Sequence record: SRR20825019_2782
DNA length: 56,072 nucleotides
Reading direction: 5' to 3' (one strand)
Positions 53,054-56,072 of this stretch are shown here, piece by piece. Each line of letters starts with the position of its first letter. Position 1 is the stretch's first letter. The notes beneath the pieces were generated by a model that was not told where the DNA came from, made no database searches, and worked only from the letters and a program-made list of their open reading frames with translations. The position numbers and the translations under genes are program-made.

Positions 53054-55291
53054 CTAAAGTTTCACTATTCTCTTTGTACACACTTGATGTTCTAACTCAA
53101 TTTGCAACACGTAGACTCCCTGATTCAGCTGCTCAATAGCAATACTTGTTTTGTTTTCATCAAGCGTCCCATTCATTATCTGCTTCCCGTTTAGATCAAA
53201 CAGTGAAAATGATTTCCCTTTAGCGTCGTTCGTTGCGATCGTTAATATGTTGGAAGTAGGATTCGGGTAAACAGCTACGTTAACGTTCGAAAAGCCAACT
53301 GCAGTGGAAACTGAACCGCTTGGATCATGTTCGAAATGCAACAATCCTCCCAAGTCTTGTCCAACGAATAAATTGTAATTTCCATCATTATCGATATCAT
53401 TGATCCAGCACGAACTGTATGTGTCCACATCGATCATGGCAAAATTGTCCGAAATCAGCGAGAAAGTACTTCCAGAAGAAAGGTTTCCGTCTATGCCTGA
53501 ATAATGATTAATTCGGCCATCAATTGAGCCCAAAAAACAAACCGTTTCTCCATTGTTTCTGAAAAAATGCGGAGCTGCATACCCGTTTGGTGTCGTTAGA
53601 GAAACATCAATGCCTCCAAGTGTATCATTCACCAATTGAAAACTTGGCACTGTTAATGTCCCAATGTTTTGATAGTAAGAGACATTCCCGTTTTTCTTTC
53701 CAAGAATAAGGTCCAATAATCCATCATTGTTCAAATCAAATAATTGAGGGTGACAATACGCAGTAGTCGATATTACCGTCGAATTATTGTCTGTATAATT
53801 ACTGACTGGATTGCTGAATATCGCTCCAGCGCCAACGGATGTGTTTTCATAGAAAGTCAATGTACCATCCATGCGTCCTAGGAAAAGGTCATCATCACCG
53901 TCATTGTCTATGTCCCCGAAAGTTGGAACTGAACGTAAGGACGAACTCTGCGCCGCTAAATTGAGAAAATCGTTATCGAATAGAGTAAACGCAGGCTCGT
54001 TTAATGTTCCAGTGTTTAGATACAAGGCGACAGTACTTTCCTTTTGGGAAACCGGTTTGTAACGATAATAATTCGCTACGATTAAATCCTCCAATCCGTC
54101 TTCGTTGTAATCAAAGAAAACTGGAATAGAGCCTGCTCCATGCTCAATCATTTCGGATTGAAGAAAGTTGTCTGTTACATAAACAAACACAGGTAAAATA
54201 TCTGTCCCGAGGTTTTTGTAGAAAAGGACGCTACGTTCATTCTCTGAAATATTATCTGTGTTGGGACAAACGATCAAGTCGCGAATTCCGTCAAAATCGA
54301 CATCCAAATAAAAAGACGCGGGGAACGAAGTGATATCTACGGGTGTTGAGTTTGAAGGGAACCCATATTCTACACTTGCCATTGCGGAATTTGCATTCAC
54401 CGTTGAGCCACTGTTCAATAATAGGCACAGGTTGTTTTGAGAAGCATCTCCAAGAATCAAATCTAGAACTCCAGAATTGTCATAATCCAATGCCAATAAT
54501 GTCGATCCAGAGTGTAAACCTTTCACATTAGTTATATCCTCCTCAGGATTAGGAATTTCACCACCCACGCATGGATAGTTCGGGTCATTTAAAACCACGG
54601 TATTGTTCAGCGGATTCTCCCCAAATTTCCCCCAGCATTCATTTCTCAAAACGAAAATGAGAGAATCTGGGATTCCATACAAATCCATGCTTTGATTCTG
54701 ATGATAATTGACGTGACTTCCTCCAATGTGAAAGGACAAAACATCTATATCTCCATCACCATCTACATCCACAATCGCGGGAATATCACTGGAGCTTACA
54801 TACAAGGTATTGTAAGTATTGGGAAGCTGTGAATAAACGGACTCTATAAACAATTCCCATTGCAAACCGTTTACAGGATCACCTATGTTTCTATAGACTT
54901 TTAATCCACCAACCCCGTAAGTAAAAATGTCTTTTCTCCCATCACCGTCATAATCGACAAGTGTAGTTCTGTACCTTAAATCTGTGGGAAAATGTGCTTT
55001 CGAATTGTTAGCAAGTTCATAGTGTTTCCCACCATTATCCTCTTGGGTGAAGACTCGGATATTGTCACTGCTTCTGTCAAAAACAAAAAGATCCGCGTCT
55101 CCATCAAAATCATAGTCAAAGTCGGAGAACTGAGCAAAATTTAGCCCGCCTCCCCAAGCGTTATCGAGTGTATCAACGCCCAATATGACTGGAATCGAGT
55201 TACTATATTCAAAACTATATTGCGACGATGCAAGAAACGACCAAGTGCTTGAAATTGCGATAAGAAAGAAGCAAACAGTTTTATGACGCAT
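53054..55291 (-). CDS. FG-GAP/VCBS-repeat T9SS cargo protein
   Basis: Repeated D-x-D-x-DG-x-x-D motifs; AWGGGLN; C-terminal VYPNPT...GVYVLQI sorting domain. Confidence 0.9.
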   Translation of the reverse strand: MRHKTVCFFLIAISSTWSFLASSQYSFEYSNSIPVILGVDTLDNAWGGGLNFAQFSDFDYDFDGDADLFVFDRSSDNIRVFTQEDNGGKHYELANNSKAHFPTDLRYRTTLVDYDGDGRKDIFTYGVGGLKVYRNIGDPVNGLQWELFIESVYSQLPNTYNTLYVSSSDIPAIVDVDGDGDIDVLSFHIGGSHVNYHQNQSMDLYGIPDSLIFVLRNECWGKFGENPLNNTVVLNDPNYPCVGGEIPNPEEDITNVKGLHSGSTLLALDYDNSGVLDLILGDASQNNLCLLLNSGSTVNANSAMASVEYGFPSNSTPVDITSFPASFYLDVDFDGIRDLIVCPNTDNISENERSVLFYKNLGTDILPVFVYVTDNFLQSEMIEHGAGSIPVFFDYNEDGLEDLIVANYYRYKPVSQKESTVALYLNTGTLNEPAFTLFDNDFLNLAAQSSSLRSVPTFGDIDNDGDDDLFLGRMDGTLTFYENTSVGAGAIFSNPVSNYTDNNSTVISTTAYCHPQLFDLNNDGLLDLILGKKNGNVSYYQNIGTLTVPSFQLVNDTLGGIDVSLTTPNGYAAPHFFRNNGETVCFLGSIDGRINHYSGIDGNLSSGSTFSLISDNFAMIDVDTYSSCWINDIDNDGNYNLFVGQDLGGLLHFEHDPSGSVSTAVGFSNVNVAVYPNPTSNILTIATNDAKGKSFSLFDLNGKQIMNGTLDENKTSIAIEQLNQGVYVLQIELEHQVCTKRIVKL

Positions 55292-55501
55292 TTATAAATT
55301 TTCTTTGGAGAAAATTAAATTTAAGAAAAATAAGTGAGTGTAGGAAGTTGGGTTATTCATCGCTTCGACACATATTTCAGCTTAATAACTTTTATGGCTG
55401 GAAACTTAGTTGTGGAACTATAGCATTTTTTTTACTCCTGATCCAGAATCTAGAAAAGTCCGCTTATCTTTATTTCCACTAACTCCTTTTATAGAAAATG
55501 T

Positions 55502-55912
55502 ATGGTGACAATAATTAAAAACTGTCTTATTTCAATTGATGCAATTAGGAAAACCTTGTTTCTAATAGTCGTGCTTTTTTCCTTTGGTTCTTTTTCTCAA
55601 GATACAAATTCCGTCTTCATCGAGACAAATGCTTCGTTCGTTGGTGGTCAAGAAGCTTTGAATAATTTTATCCACGAGAATATTATGTATCCAACAAAAG
55701 CAAAAAAGAATGGTATTGAGGGTATAGTACACTTGCTTTTTATAGTGGAAACCGATGGTACAATATCCAATATTACGATAGAGTCAGGACCCAAGGAATT
55801 AACCAATGAAGCGATTAGGGTTCTTAACTCTATGCCAAAATGGACCCCTTCAATGATGGGAAATACCGCGGTGCGAGAAAAAGTTAGACTACCAATTGAA
55901 TTTATTCTTTGA
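55502..55912 (+). CDS. TonB C-terminal domain protein
   Basis: ASFVGG, YPTKAKKNGIEGIV, EAIRVL, MPKWTP, LPIEF. Confidence 0.88.
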   Translation: MVTIIKNCLISIDAIRKTLFLIVVLFSFGSFSQDTNSVFIETNASFVGGQEALNNFIHENIMYPTKAKKNGIEGIVHLLFIVETDGTISNITIESGPKELTNEAIRVLNSMPKWTPSMMGNTAVREKVRLPIEFIL

Positions 55913-56002
55913 ATTGATTTCCAATAAAATCAATCCGTTAGACAAGAATAAATAATATCCTCTGTGGTTAACTGTTCTATGATACAGAAAGAAAAACTAG
56001 TT

Positions 56003-56071
56003 TTACCTCTTCCACTTCTCTATATCTCCTGTTTCAAAAATCAACTTTCGATATTTCACTGCAGCTTGATC
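56003..56071 (-). CDS. Possible 3' end of a gene entering from beyond the window
   Basis: Open frame DQAAVKYRKLIFETGDIEKWKR*; too short to identify. Confidence 0.3.
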   Translation of the reverse strand, partial: DQAAVKYRKLIFETGDIEKWKR

Positions 56072-56072
56072 C

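Noticed and set aside
1537-54531. Numerous 60-120 aa ORFs, and the 208 aa ORF at 49321-49947, that overlap longer genes antisense or out of frame
   Set aside because: They are nested in well-supported genes and have no recognisable motifs, so I treated them as shadow ORFs.
1-56072. CRISPR arrays, tRNA/rRNA genes, transposases, integrases, prophage genes
   Set aside because: None recognised by eye; intergenic spaces are short and there is no regular repeat-spacer run.

Overview
This 56 kb AT-rich window looks like a Bacteroidota chromosome, probably Flavobacteriales. The assignment is inferred from TAnnTTTG promoters, T9SS cargo proteins, DUF2795, and the recF/TPR/ribH synteny. Positions 1-18 kb are mostly housekeeping genes: dciA-like, recF, ribH, glmM, ispH, a PduO-type adenosyltransferase, acpH, mltF, miaA, an ABC transporter and yegP. 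This part also holds an unusual pseudo-receiver/adenylate cyclase/HD fusion. Positions 18.4-25.3 kb are an accessory patch of exported ORFans plus a TylF methyltransferase and a glycosyltransferase, bounded by two gene remnants (a parvulin PPIase and RNase Z). Positions 28.0-37.7 kb hold the most striking element, a tightly coupled 8-gene minus-strand operon: class I HMG-CoA reductase-like, UbiA prenyltransferase, RPH/PigC-type phosphotransferase, DUF3419/BtaA-like, polyprenol kinase-like, GNAT, SRPBCC and an AMP-forming ligase. It looks like an uncharacterised lipid or prenyl-metabolite pathway. A 7-gene ORFan array, an M1 peptidase and a CHAP gene follow. Next is an Abi_2/AbiF-like HEPN gene with a candidate divergent ~50-nt small RNA (possible RNA antitoxin) and a REP-like inverted pair. 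The window ends with a DtxR/MntR-TonB receptor locus with a clear operator, yefM-yoeB with its TGTACA operator, and an FG-GAP T9SS protein. I saw no tRNA, rRNA, CRISPR array, transposase or integrase. All calls come from motif reading by eye; no database searches were run.
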